In this document: in pieces, positions 18,915-28,999 of the stretch | Layout of the letters: every line of letters starts with the position of its first letter | Position numbering within the stretch: the stretch's first letter is position 1 | NCBI GenBank assembly: GCA_023489335.1 | Contig: JAMDCP010000011.1 | Location: 135,057-199,056 of the forward strand | Source of the DNA: Deltaproteobacteria bacterium | Lineage (GTDB): Bacteria > SZUA-79 > Acidulodesulfobacterales > Acidulodesulfobacteraceae | Length of the DNA: 64,000 bases | Direction: 5' to 3' | The notes under the pieces: model-generated | What the model was told of the DNA's origin: nothing | The model's input: the letters and a program-made list of their open reading frames with translations, nothing else | Database searches by the model: none | Made by a program: the position numbers and the translations under genes

Positions 18915-20096
18915 ATGAACAGGAGAGATTTTATAAGATTAACGGGATTAGGTTTTTTAGGAGGCGGATTAGCTTTAAGCGGCTTTAAACTTAAAGATGC
19001 AGAAGCGGATGCGGACGGCTTAGGCTCAAGTCAAAATAAATTTAAAAAGCCAGAGCATGTCGTCTTAATAATGCAGGAAAATAGAAGTTTCGACCACTAT
19101 TTCGGCATGATGGACGAAACAATAGACGGGCAGCCCAAAAGGGTACTGGAGCTTGGAATAACCGACGGCATGGGCGGAAGCATCAAGCCGTATGATTTAG
19201 GATTTAATTATGTAACCCCCGACCATGTGGACCCCAATCATTCATGGGAAGGCCTTCATACGATATACAATAACGGCAAAATGGACGGATATTTTTTAAA
19301 CGGGATAAACCAACCCGTTGACGATTATAAGGTTATAATGGGCTATTATAATACTAAAAAGGCCTTATACCCTTATTATTTATACGCTTCCAACTTTACC
19401 CTCTGCCAGAACTATTTTCATTCCATTATGGCTCCCACCCAGCCAAACAGGCTTTATCAGATTGCAGGGCAATCAAACGGCCATATAACCGATGCCCCTC
19501 CAAGAAAACCTTATGAGTTTCCCACAATATTCAACAGGCTTGAAAAGGCTAAAATATCGTGGAAAATATATGTGGAGGGCTGGCCGAATCCAAAAAAATA
19601 TGTTCACCACTGGGTGCCTGTCATATGGTTCGAGAGTTTTATGAAAGATAAAAGGTTATGGAATAAAATCAGGCCGGCCCATGAGTATTTCGAGGATATA
19701 AAAAACGGGACGCTTCCAAAGTTCAGCTGGCTTGTTCCGGATTTTAAAAATTCCGAGCATCCGCCCGCAGATGTCAAAACAGGCATGCGCTATACCGTAA
19801 AACGGGTCGAAGCCTTAAGGAAAAGCCCCCTGTTTTCGAAATCGGTAATATTTTTAAACTGGGACGAATGCGGCGGCTTCTATGACCATGTTGTACCCCC
19901 TGTAGTCGATTATTACGGGCTTGGAATGAGGGTGGGCTGTATAATCATTTCTCCATTCGTTAAAAAAGGATATATCTCGAATGTCAGGCATGAGCATGCC
20001 TCGATACTTAAATATGTCGAAAACCTCTGGGGGCTTGACCCGTTAACGGACAGGGACAGGTACGCAAACGGGTTCGAAGATGTTTTTCTTTCGTAA
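18915..20096 (+). CDS. Tat-exported phosphoesterase (phospholipase C / acid phosphatase AcpA family)
   Basis: Twin-arginine signal MNRRDFIRLTGLGFLGG. Phosphoesterase-family motifs VVLIMQENRSFDHYFG and WDECGGFYDHV. Confidence 0.8.
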   Translation: MNRRDFIRLTGLGFLGGGLALSGFKLKDAEADADGLGSSQNKFKKPEHVVLIMQENRSFDHYFGMMDETIDGQPKRVLELGITDGMGGSIKPYDLGFNYVTPDHVDPNHSWEGLHTIYNNGKMDGYFLNGINQPVDDYKVIMGYYNTKKALYPYYLYASNFTLCQNYFHSIMAPTQPNRLYQIAGQSNGHITDAPPRKPYEFPTIFNRLEKAKISWKIYVEGWPNPKKYVHHWVPVIWFESFMKDKRLWNKIRPAHEYFEDIKNGTLPKFSWLVPDFKNSEHPPADVKTGMRYTVKRVEALRKSPLFSKSVIFLNWDECGGFYDHVVPPVVDYYGLGMRVGCIIISPFVKKGYISNVRHEHASILKYVENLWGLDPLTDRDRYANGFEDVFLS

Positions 20097-20159
20097 ACTT
20101 AAATGTTTTTAAAGATGTAAAAAATGTAAAAAAATAAAAATAAAATAGAGGAAACTATC

Positions 20160-20636
20160 ATGGATTTATATGTAGAGGAAAGCGGTATTGAATTACTAAA
20201 AAAAACGGATCTTATCTTAAAAGCGATTTCGGATGAAAGGAAAATGGATGAAAGTTATAAAAAAAGGATTATGAAAAAAATTGCGATAGACTTAAGAATT
20301 GCCGTAAAGCATATAGAATTTTATATCGCTAAGTGTGAGCGCTCGGGCGAAGGTAGTGAAGAAATTGAAGTAAATATCGACCTTGCGGAAAGTATTATTA
20401 AACTGTTGGAGGCTTCTTTGGGCACGGATAATTCGGAAAGATTCGAGGAATATTATAATACCGCATCAAATTTATTGTCCGATTTAAAAGATTTGGAAGA
20501 GGAACAAGAAGAGGAGGAAAGGGAGGAAGAGGAAGCCCGGGATGAGACATGTTTTGAAGAGGGGGAAATAGAGAATGAAAAAGAGACCGATGAAACCGGC
20601 GAAGAAAGGAGCAGGGAAGAATTGGAAGAATTTTGA
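20160..20636 (+). CDS. Hypothetical highly acidic protein
   Basis: ORF with an RBS (AGAGGAAA). The C-terminal third is about 50% Glu/Asp. No recognisable family. Confidence 0.4.
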   Translation: MDLYVEESGIELLKKTDLILKAISDERKMDESYKKRIMKKIAIDLRIAVKHIEFYIAKCERSGEGSEEIEVNIDLAESIIKLLEASLGTDNSERFEEYYNTASNLLSDLKDLEEEQEEEEREEEEARDETCFEEGEIENEKETDETGEERSREELEEF

Positions 20637-21024
20637 AAAACTGCTATTAATAGTTAGTTTAATTTTCATAACAGGTATAGCCGTTTCCGGTTGTGCTGCC
20701 GTAACAAAGCCCACCCCGCCTCCGCTTACCATCCCCCAGATTGTATCTATGTGCAAAAATCATATTCCTCAAAATGAAATCATTAGCAGATTGAGGGCAA
20801 GCGGGGAGGTATTTTACCTCAGCGCCGAAGGAGTAATAAAACTGCACAAACAAGGCGTTTGCACAAAGGTATTAAACTATATGCTCAAAACAGGGATAAG
20901 GGCAAGGGAGGAGCGGGCGGCAATCAGGGGCGCAAGGCACAGATGGTGGTGGTATAACCAGCAGTGGTATTTTGGTCCGCCGTTTGGTCCATGGGTGGGC
21001 CCCGTTCCATATTGGTGGTATTAG
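20575..21024 (+). CDS. Hypothetical lipoprotein with Trp/Pro-rich C-terminus
   Basis: Lipobox AVSGC. The end reads RHRWWWYNQQWYFGPPFGPWVGPVPYWWY. It overlaps the previous ORF by 62 nt. Confidence 0.45.
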   Translation: MKKRPMKPAKKGAGKNWKNFEKLLLIVSLIFITGIAVSGCAAVTKPTPPPLTIPQIVSMCKNHIPQNEIISRLRASGEVFYLSAEGVIKLHKQGVCTKVLNYMLKTGIRAREERAAIRGARHRWWWYNQQWYFGPPFGPWVGPVPYWWY

Positions 21025-21039
21025 AAATAGGAAGAAAAT

Positions 21040-21132
21040 ATTACAACTGTAATATTTGTAACAATTTTGTAACAATTTTTAACGGTAATTTAACCGAGCT
21101 GTAATAATTTTGTAATATTCGTCTGCTATAAT
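21040..21132 (+). promoter_or_regulatory. Six phased TGTAAYA-type repeats ending 14 nt before an extended -10 TGcTATAAT
   Basis: Core T at 21059, 21070, 21080, 21091, 21102 and 21113. The -10 hexamer TATAAT is at 21127-21132. Confidence 0.7.
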
Positions 21133-21214
21133 TATCAACATGAATCACGCAGGTTCAATTTCAATACCTTACTTAACTTTAACTATAAAATTTAATTTAG
21201 GAGGAAGTTTTTTT

Positions 21215-23626
21215 ATGAAAAACCAGATAAAAGGAATATTAGTATGCATCATACTCTTGTTCCCCTTTTTATTTTTTAATGTTAGCGCTTTTGCTAAAAA
21301 GCCTGTTTATCTTGGGGAAGCGGCAATTAAAGCGCAAAAGATGAAAAAGAAGGAGGAGGAAAAGAAAAAATTATTTAAATCGGCATATTCCGTGTCTCAC
21401 ATTACTAAAAAAGAGATTAAGGCTACCGTAAATCCGATGACCGGCATCGTAAATATTTTGAGTCAAAAGCCGAGCATATATGCAACTTCATCCGGTCCAA
21501 ACGGAATGAGGGCTCACATCTACATGAGGGCATTTAATGGCGGGCAAATAACCGAGGAGTTTGACGGAATCCCGTTAAACAGCATATTTGACGGGAATGC
21601 CCAGAACTTTGCTTCCGTCAGGAATAATGTTCCTTTTACGCTGGGAGATGTATCTTCCATAAATATTTACAGGGGGATAAATAATCCCAGCGTTAACTCG
21701 TTTAACTCTTTGGGCGGTACAATAAATTTCAATCCTTTGATGCCCTCAAGGAAGTTTGGCGCAACGATTTTTGGAGGATGGGGTTCTTTTGCGACGACGG
21801 AGTATGGCGCTTCTATTAATTCAGGAAGACTTCCAGGCGGCGTCTATATGTATTTGAAGGCATCAAGAAACGATTCCAACGGCTGGATGCAGAACACCTC
21901 CGATTCTAATAATTCTTACTATTTATCCCTTGTTAAACCTTATAATGACGGGCGGTCGAATATCAATTTTATATTTATGCGAAACGACAACACTGGCTAC
22001 ACCCCTCATTCCATTCCTTTTCCATTAGAAGAGCAGTATGGAAATACATTTAATTGGCCGTCAGGTGTCAGCAACTCATATAATAAGGATATTTCGGCAT
22101 ATTATATCCTTGGAATAAAGAATTATGTGGATAAAAATTTATCCTTTTTAAATAAAGCCTTTTATCATACCAATAATTACGACAGGGTCAGTTACACAAA
22201 TCCGCAGTGTTTAACCAAGATATTTAATAATCCCTCTAATCCTGATTATATCGCTTCGGAGCAGGGCGTTTGTTCGCCTATTGCGACGACATTTAACGGC
22301 GCTTATGTCCAGCCTTATTACCTTCCTAATACACCCGAAAGCTGGGTATATCCAAGCTCCACAAACAGTTATAATCCGGAAAGCTTATTTCCTGACGGCG
22401 GAGGCGATTCATATTACGGAACTGATTATCACCTTTATCTGGAAGACATGAATGAAATAGGCGATATTCCGATGTTTACGGTAAAAGTTCCGCGTAATAA
22501 AATTGTATTCGGTGGCCAGTTTTTATACGGAACTATAAGGTCGGCGGAATACTGGTACGGCACTTCGGATGTTCCTCAAGGGACACTGTATAACGATGCG
22601 TGGAACGAACACGATACAAGGTCGAACGACACGGTATTTATTCAGGATAAGATAAGCATATTGCCAAAAAGGTTTTATATTGAGCCAGGGTTTAAATATA
22701 ACACCGTAAATACCACGGCGGCAGATAATCCGGGATACTATTATCCGATAGGCGGCACGGTGTCAAACATATATAATTATTTCGAACCGTCCTTAGGCAT
22801 TAGTTATAATTTACTTAAAAACTGGGTAGTTTACGGTTCATGGGGAAAAATTCAAAAGGTGCCGAATATCGGCGCTTATTATTCATTAATCGGAGCGGCA
22901 ACATTAAACGGTGCGCCTTACACACCTGGGCTTACAACGGTTAAGCCGGAATACATTACCGATTACGAACTCGGAACCAGATATAAATTAAGCGGATTAA
23001 GCGTCGGCGTAAACGGTTATAAAGAAGATTTTCAAAATACATTCAGCTATGCATATAACCAAGCCTTAGGCATTTCCGAGGAGTATAACACGGGAAATTC
23101 AATGTACGAAGGCGTGGAGTTAGAAGGGAAATACAGGTTTAACCGCCGTCTTGGCGTTTTTGCAAATTGGTCGTATAATACCGCAATTTACACGACAAAT
23201 TACTCCGGCAATTACGGCACTATCCTGTCAGGCGAACATATAGCAAATGTCCCGAGGCATTTAGCGAATATCGGCGTTGACGGTAACATACTTAAAACAG
23301 GCTTCAGGTTCTGGGGGACATACACGGGGCAGCAGTACCTGAACAATTCCTACGGAAACCCCACGGATATTTACCATCTCGGCGGTTACTGGGTCTTTAA
23401 CGGCTACATAAGCCATTATATTAATTTTAACAGGTTTGGCGCGTTAAAAGATTTACGGTTCAAGGGGGTTAAGGTTTCTCTGAATATCGATAATATATTA
23501 AACAGAAATTACAACCAGTGGGCGTATATAGGTTATAATACCGTTAACCGCGTTAATTATACTTATCCTATGGGTATGCCCGGCATGCCGAGGTTTGTTT
23601 TTGTCAATGCCCAGGTGAAGTTTTAG
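21215..23626 (+). CDS. TonB-dependent outer-membrane receptor
   Basis: RBS AGGAGGAAG before the ATG at 21215. Signal peptide, plug domain, beta-barrel, C-terminal ...AQVKF. Paralog of the gene at 32773-35226. Confidence 0.85.
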   Translation: MKNQIKGILVCIILLFPFLFFNVSAFAKKPVYLGEAAIKAQKMKKKEEEKKKLFKSAYSVSHITKKEIKATVNPMTGIVNILSQKPSIYATSSGPNGMRAHIYMRAFNGGQITEEFDGIPLNSIFDGNAQNFASVRNNVPFTLGDVSSINIYRGINNPSVNSFNSLGGTINFNPLMPSRKFGATIFGGWGSFATTEYGASINSGRLPGGVYMYLKASRNDSNGWMQNTSDSNNSYYLSLVKPYNDGRSNINFIFMRNDNTGYTPHSIPFPLEEQYGNTFNWPSGVSNSYNKDISAYYILGIKNYVDKNLSFLNKAFYHTNNYDRVSYTNPQCLTKIFNNPSNPDYIASEQGVCSPIATTFNGAYVQPYYLPNTPESWVYPSSTNSYNPESLFPDGGGDSYYGTDYHLYLEDMNEIGDIPMFTVKVPRNKIVFGGQFLYGTIRSAEYWYGTSDVPQGTLYNDAWNEHDTRSNDTVFIQDKISILPKRFYIEPGFKYNTVNTTAADNPGYYYPIGGTVSNIYNYFEPSLGISYNLLKNWVVYGSWGKIQKVPNIGAYYSLIGAATLNGAPYTPGLTTVKPEYITDYELGTRYKLSGLSVGVNGYKEDFQNTFSYAYNQALGISEEYNTGNSMYEGVELEGKYRFNRRLGVFANWSYNTAIYTTNYSGNYGTILSGEHIANVPRHLANIGVDGNILKTGFRFWGTYTGQQYLNNSYGNPTDIYHLGGYWVFNGYISHYINFNRFGALKDLRFKGVKVSLNIDNILNRNYNQWAYIGYNTVNRVNYTYPMGMPGMPRFVFVNAQVKF

Positions 23627-23664
23627 CATGACTTAGGCCTTATACCTCTCTCTTAAGGCATAAA

Positions 23665-23700
23665 TTATAGCGGAAAAGGGGAGTTCCTTTTCCGCTATAA
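23665..23700 (+). terminator. Hairpin after the TonB-dependent receptor gene
   Basis: ttatagcggaaaagg pairs with ccttttccgctataa (15-bp stem). Confidence 0.5.
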
Positions 23701-23761
23701 AATAAAAGTTTATATTTATAAATATGAAATTAACTTATTTTCGGAGGCTTAGAACACTTAT

Positions 23762-24553
23762 ATGAAACCAAAATATTTATATTTATTTGCGGCATCGATG
23801 TTTTCCCTCTTATTAATTATGTCTTACTCTGCTTCCTCTTATGCCCTTTCCAAATGGCAAACAAATTACAATAAATCTCTGGAATTATTGAAATCTAAAA
23901 AATACGGTTCAGCTTTAAAAGAGGCACAAATTGCCCTTAAAGAAAATAGAAATCCATACACGCTCGAACTGACAGGCAACATTCTGCAGTTTCTAAAGAA
24001 ATATAATTCGAGCAACCGTTATTTTAAAGAAGCTGTGGCTTTGTTTATAGCCGGCGCCGGTAAAAATAGCTCCAAAAAAGCCCCCGATAAAAAAACGGCA
24101 GACAGGTTTATAAAAATGGTCAAAAATAATATCGGATTAAATTATCTATTCATAGGCAATAATTTATTGAAGAAAAACAATGTTAAGGAAGCAATAAACA
24201 CCTATAAAAAGGGATTGACTTACGCCAGCGAAAGGCATCTAAGCAATATGTTGATGTTAAACTCGGCAATGGGGTACGAAAATATAGATAAATTTAGGCC
24301 TGCCGCCTTATTAGCCGACAAGGTTATTGCGAATAATCCTAAGAATCCTTTTGCATACTTCGTTAAAGGAAGGGCAGAATATAGTTTGAACGAATTAGAT
24401 TCCTCGATTGCGGATTTAAATACCGCGGCGAGTATTGACCCCTCGAATGACTTGTTTAAAAATGCGCTTGAAATGGCAAAAGAAAGAAAGCGGGAAACGG
24501 AACAAAAAAACCTTAATCACATCAAGCACAGCGCCGGAAGTTTATTTAAATAA
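23762..24553 (+). CDS. Secreted TPR-repeat protein
   Basis: Signal peptide plus TPR-like helical repeats (e.g. AINTYKKGL..., AEYSLNELDSSIADLNTAASIDPSN). Confidence 0.55.
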   Translation: MKPKYLYLFAASMFSLLLIMSYSASSYALSKWQTNYNKSLELLKSKKYGSALKEAQIALKENRNPYTLELTGNILQFLKKYNSSNRYFKEAVALFIAGAGKNSSKKAPDKKTADRFIKMVKNNIGLNYLFIGNNLLKKNNVKEAINTYKKGLTYASERHLSNMLMLNSAMGYENIDKFRPAALLADKVIANNPKNPFAYFVKGRAEYSLNELDSSIADLNTAASIDPSNDLFKNALEMAKERKRETEQKNLNHIKHSAGSLFK

Positions 24554-24576
24554 ATAATTTTAATCGTGGACTTATT

Positions 24577-27411
24577 ATGAGAAAAGGGTTGATTTTAATT
24601 GCATATATTTATTTTAATCTTATATTGTTTTTATTTTCAGGCAATTCTTATGCTTTTAACCGCGCCGGCAAGTCGAATACCCTTGATATATCGAAGCCCG
24701 TTATTATAACAAAACATAACCTTTTGTACTTCCGCCATACCCTTCCCACCGGCCGCATTATAACCCCCGTCGGGACTTTGAACGGAACGGCTAACTTTGC
24801 CACTAATGTTGCAGTTTATCATAATCTTGTTGCGGTACTGGCGAACGGGGCAACCTTTGTTCAAACTATTACTATATATAATAAAAAAACTCTCGTTAAA
24901 ATTGCCCGGTATAAAGCATATAAAGCCAAACGGCTTAAGCGATTTAAAGAACCGGGGGTTGTAGTATATAATCCTAAAAAAGCTAAAAATGCCTCTATTA
25001 ATAGGTCAATGGCTTCTTTTACTTATGCAAAAAATGATAATCAGGATTTATTTCAAGGGTTAGCCTTTGGCCCGAACGGTATTTTATATGCCTCCGGCGG
25101 CGGTGTTAACGATATAATCACTCTTAAACTTATAAATCATAGATTAACGGTTATAAAAAGATATCCTCTTAAATGGCAAAAATTTCCAAAAAATCAGTAT
25201 CCCTACCAGTATCAGGGGCATCAATTTAAAAAACCCTATCTTTTTTATCCGGACTTTATTACTATCTCTAAAAACGGAAAGTATTTATATGCGTCTGGTC
25301 TTTTATCCAACTCTGCGGCAAGGATTGATTTGATGACGGGGAAAACCGCTTATGTAAATGCAGGGCCTTACCCATTTGCCTTAAGCCTTTCGGATAACGA
25401 TAAAAGGCTTGTCGTAAGCGATTGGGGGGCAAACGGCGTTACGATAATAAATCCAATTACAATGAAAAAGTTAGGGTTTGTTTATACGGGTAAAATTTTG
25501 TCTAAAGACAGCTATGGCGCCGGCGTTCATCCTACCGCCGTAATTAACATTAAAGGTACGCCGGATGTTTTAGCCGCTGATTCTAATAACGACCGTATTT
25601 ATGAAATTAACTCAAAAACCCTGAAAGTCGTTAAGGTCATTAACGATGCCCCTTATAAAAATGCGCCTCCCGGAAGTTATCCTGATGGAATAGCCCTTAG
25701 AAACGGTCATATTTTTGTTGCCAATGCGGGGAATAACGATATCGCCGTCTATAATTTAAAAAGCGGAAAAAGAATAGGGCTTATCCCTACTGCATGGTAT
25801 CCTACCGCCGTTGCGTCATCCGGAAGTTCCATATATATTGTTAATGCCAAGGGTTTGGGCAGCGGTCCAAACTTTTATTATCAATGGGTCGGGGATTTTA
25901 TGGACGGTGCGGTGCAAAAGGTAAATCTTAATTATGCCTTTAAACATATTAAATATTTAACATACAGGTCTTTAAAGAATAACGGTTTTTTATTGTCCCA
26001 AAGGTTAAAACGAGAGGCTCAAAATAGTAAGATAACCAAATTCTTAAGGTCGCATATAAAACATGTCGTATTTATTTTAAGAGAAAACAAAACCTTCGAT
26101 GAGGACTTTGGCGATTATAAAAGGGCAGGCGCTTGGGCAGACCCCCGTCTTGACCTTTATAATAAAAAAGAACTTCCCAATGCTTATAGTTTAGCAAATA
26201 ATTATGCCCTTTTCGTAAACTTTTATGCCGACGGCGAGGTTACGGCGCAGGGGCATGAGTGGACGACGGGAGCATCGGATTCCGATTTTGTTCAAAGGAC
26301 ATGGCCTGAATACTATTCCGGCAGGGGACTTGTCGGAAATCCGGGCTGGACGCAGGATTTAAGGAAATTAAATATTAAAGACCATTATAAGTATATGCCT
26401 ATTTACGACAGCTTGACCGCGCTAAAGCACTGGTCCAATCCGTGGATAGCGTATCCTCAAAATCTATACATATTTAATGATATGCTTGAACATAATGTAT
26501 CTTTTGAGGATTTCGGGGAGTTTGTGTCCCGCAACAGAATCGGCGATATTTCAAGCGCAATGAAAAAGCGCATCGATTTAAAATCATACGGCTGGGATAG
26601 GTTTATTTTAGATACTACAAGAGCGAAAGTTTTTTTAAACTTTGCAAAAAAAAGGATTAAAGAGGGTAATTTTCCACAGTTTACCTATATCTGGCTGCCG
26701 GATGACCATACCGCCGGTCAAAAACCATGTTATTATACACCAGATTATTATGTCGCGAACAACGATTACGCAACCGGTGAGATTATAAGTTATTTAAGCC
26801 GTTCGCCTATATGGAAAAACACCCTCGTATTTATCACCGAAGACGACGCCCAATCCGGCGCAGACCATATAAATGCCCACAGAACATTTGCATTAATGAT
26901 AGGACCGTATGTTAAAAGAGGCGCCATAATTGCGCACCGGTATTCCCAAGTAAACATAGTAAAAACCATTGAGGCTATATTTAACCTGCCGTCTATGTCC
27001 CAATGGGATGCTAATACTTCCGTTATTAGAAACGGATTTACCGATAAGCCGGATATGACACCGTTTAATGCCATGCCGATGAGAGTAAAGCCTGCCTTAA
27101 ATCCGGGAATGTGCCGAAGCAAGATAGATAAATTGAGATTAAAACTAGGCAAAAAAGGCGGCTGGGAGGCTTCGGTGGAGTCCGCTTCATCACAAACATC
27201 GCAATCGACACGACAGCCTAAACTCTCCTTAAGCGAACAATATACACCTGTTTCACTCTTTAAAGTTCCAGGACCACAGCAGTTTAAACAGGAGTGGATT
27301 GCTTCGAAGGGCGTAAAATCATATGAGAATGTGATGGGGTATATCAAAAAATTATCGAAAAGCGAAAATAGACCCGTAGCAAGTATACTTGCAGGAAAAC
27401 TGCCGGATTAA
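24577..27411 (+). CDS. Secreted fusion protein: YncE/YVTN-type beta-propeller plus phosphoesterase (PLC/AcpA, alkaline-phosphatase superfamily) domain
   Basis: Signal peptide. The N-terminal half has repeated propeller-like blades. The C-terminal half has VVFILRENKTFDEDFG, YIWLPDDHTAG and TEDDAQSGADHINAHRT, matching the motifs of the 18915 gene family. Confidence 0.7.
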   Translation: MRKGLILIAYIYFNLILFLFSGNSYAFNRAGKSNTLDISKPVIITKHNLLYFRHTLPTGRIITPVGTLNGTANFATNVAVYHNLVAVLANGATFVQTITIYNKKTLVKIARYKAYKAKRLKRFKEPGVVVYNPKKAKNASINRSMASFTYAKNDNQDLFQGLAFGPNGILYASGGGVNDIITLKLINHRLTVIKRYPLKWQKFPKNQYPYQYQGHQFKKPYLFYPDFITISKNGKYLYASGLLSNSAARIDLMTGKTAYVNAGPYPFALSLSDNDKRLVVSDWGANGVTIINPITMKKLGFVYTGKILSKDSYGAGVHPTAVINIKGTPDVLAADSNNDRIYEINSKTLKVVKVINDAPYKNAPPGSYPDGIALRNGHIFVANAGNNDIAVYNLKSGKRIGLIPTAWYPTAVASSGSSIYIVNAKGLGSGPNFYYQWVGDFMDGAVQKVNLNYAFKHIKYLTYRSLKNNGFLLSQRLKREAQNSKITKFLRSHIKHVVFILRENKTFDEDFGDYKRAGAWADPRLDLYNKKELPNAYSLANNYALFVNFYADGEVTAQGHEWTTGASDSDFVQRTWPEYYSGRGLVGNPGWTQDLRKLNIKDHYKYMPIYDSLTALKHWSNPWIAYPQNLYIFNDMLEHNVSFEDFGEFVSRNRIGDISSAMKKRIDLKSYGWDRFILDTTRAKVFLNFAKKRIKEGNFPQFTYIWLPDDHTAGQKPCYYTPDYYVANNDYATGEIISYLSRSPIWKNTLVFITEDDAQSGADHINAHRTFALMIGPYVKRGAIIAHRYSQVNIVKTIEAIFNLPSMSQWDANTSVIRNGFTDKPDMTPFNAMPMRVKPALNPGMCRSKIDKLRLKLGKKGGWEASVESASSQTSQSTRQPKLSLSEQYTPVSLFKVPGPQQFKQEWIASKGVKSYENVMGYIKKLSKSENRPVASILAGKLPD

Positions 27412-27417
27412 TAGTTT

Positions 27418-27945
27418 ATGAATTATAACATTAGAGATATTAAATTAACGGATTTTGAAGATATTGCAAAAAATTATTATTTAAGATACGAAGAATTAGA
27501 ATTAAATACAAATCTTGGGGTAAGCGTTAAAAGGGAGCCGCCTTCGTTAGCCGAAGAACTAGATTTTTTTTTAGGTTTGTATAAAAAAATTATGGGGGAC
27601 GATGCCTGCGGAAAAGTTGCAATCGTCGATGAAAAAGTTGTAGGGATAACCACTATTCAAAGATTCGCAAAAGGATATGAAACCGACCATATAGGTATCT
27701 TAGGAATTGATATAAATATGGAATACAGAAATTTTGGAATCGGACAGAATTTATTGAGTCAAATTATTAAGGAAGCAAAAACAAAATTTGAAATGTTAAT
27801 TTTGGAAGTAGCGACATTCAACGAAATAGCCATGCATATATACAAAAAATTGGGTTTTTTGCAGTATGGCTTAAGGCCTAAAGCATTAAAAAGGGGAAAT
27901 GTATATTTTGATTATATTCTAATGTGTAAAGAACTTTTAAAATAG
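27418..27945 (+). CDS. GNAT family N-acetyltransferase
   Basis: Acetyl-CoA-binding motif YRNFGIGQNLL and the IAMHIYKKLGF helix. Confidence 0.7.
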   Translation: MNYNIRDIKLTDFEDIAKNYYLRYEELELNTNLGVSVKREPPSLAEELDFFLGLYKKIMGDDACGKVAIVDEKVVGITTIQRFAKGYETDHIGILGIDINMEYRNFGIGQNLLSQIIKEAKTKFEMLILEVATFNEIAMHIYKKLGFLQYGLRPKALKRGNVYFDYILMCKELLK

Positions 27946-27964
27946 AAATTTTTGCCGGTGTGCC

Positions 27965-28589
27965 TTAAATCTCGGTAAATATATCCTTCAGGTCTATCGT
28001 CAAGTCCAGCGTTTTAATATAAATTATGCCGTTACCCTCCGCTTTAACCGACAATATCTCACCCCATTTTTCTAAAGCGGCATTCGTTTTAAGTTTGTCG
28101 CCTGTCCTTCTAAATACCTCAATGCTTTTTGTCTCAGGATCTACTATTAGGTACTCCAAAACCCCGCTTTTTTCATACACCTCTTTTTTAATCTTTATGT
28201 CGTAGTATTCGTTAGAGGGGGAGAGTATCTCTATTATAAGGTCAGGGTGACCGTCTATCCCCCTTTTTTTTGATTATATCCTTATTTTTATTGGATATAA
28301 ATATTATATCCGGCTGGTAAGCATTTTTGTTATCGAGATAGACATCTATTGGGGCATAATAAACATAACCTAATTTATTTTTCTTTACATGGTTGGCTAT
28401 TAGTACCCCCAAGTTTCTTAATATAGCTTGATGTTCGGTTAATGGCGACGGTGTCATTATTAGTTCTCCTTCGATTAGTTGATAGGGGCTTCCTTCGGGA
28501 AGGTTGAAGTAATCCTTTGCCGTGTATTTTTTGGGCGAATCAACGGGGTATGTCTCTTCTAATTTTTCCAATAAAGATGAACGGGTCAT
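27965..28589 (-). pseudogene. Uma2 (DUF820) family endonuclease split by a frameshift in an A8G5 run
   Basis: The N-terminal ORF (28242-28589) carries YQLIEGELIMTPSP...HQ...QPDIIFI. The C-terminal continuation (...PDLIIEILSPSNEYYDIKIKKEVYEKSGVLEYLIVDP...) is in another frame. The frames switch at the forward-strand ccccc tttttttt run at about 28259-28271. Confidence 0.7.
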
Positions 28590-28645
28590 AATAGCTAAAC
28601 TCCGTATAAATTAAAGGTTGAGATAAGCAGCTCGATATTATAATT

Positions 28646-28999
28646 TTAACTCAGTAATATACTATTTTTAATCATTTTTTTAAAGTTATCGTTTGATTGA
28701 AGTTCTTGTTCGGTTGCCGCAATCAAATCAAGAGATGTTCCTATTTTTTCCGCAAACCACATATAATAAGGCCTGATTCGTTCAAGGGGATTTTTTTCGA
28801 TTGACTTTGTAATTATAAATAAATCGATATCGCTTAAGCCGGACTCTTCGCTTTTGGCAAAAGAGCCGATTAATCTGACCTCAATTATTTCAGGAAAGAT
28901 GTTTAAAGCCTCGCTGGATATCTCTTTTAATTTAGTTAAAACAATATCACGATTGAAATAAAATGCTCTCACAGAATTTGATGATATCGTCTGCCGCAT
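28646..28999 (-). CDS. Nucleotidyltransferase (MNT-type, antitoxin-like)
   Basis: Motif LIGSFAKSEESGLSDIDLFII (GS...SDID). The true start may be the internal GTG. Confidence 0.7.
   Translation of the reverse strand: MRQTISSNSVRAFYFNRDIVLTKLKEISSEALNIFPEIIEVRLIGSFAKSEESGLSDIDLFIITKSIEKNPLERIRPYYMWFAEKIGTSLDLIAATEQELQSNDNFKKMIKNSILLS

Noticed and set aside
26790-27347. Long antisense ORFs inside confidently assigned genes: 26790-27347, 37662-38132, 45758-46315, 55802-56131, 36393-46 and others in the ORF track
   Set aside because: They lie fully within, and opposite to, genes with clear family signatures. They have low-complexity, Ser/Leu/Ile-rich translations and no RBS or family resemblance, so they are shadow ORFs.
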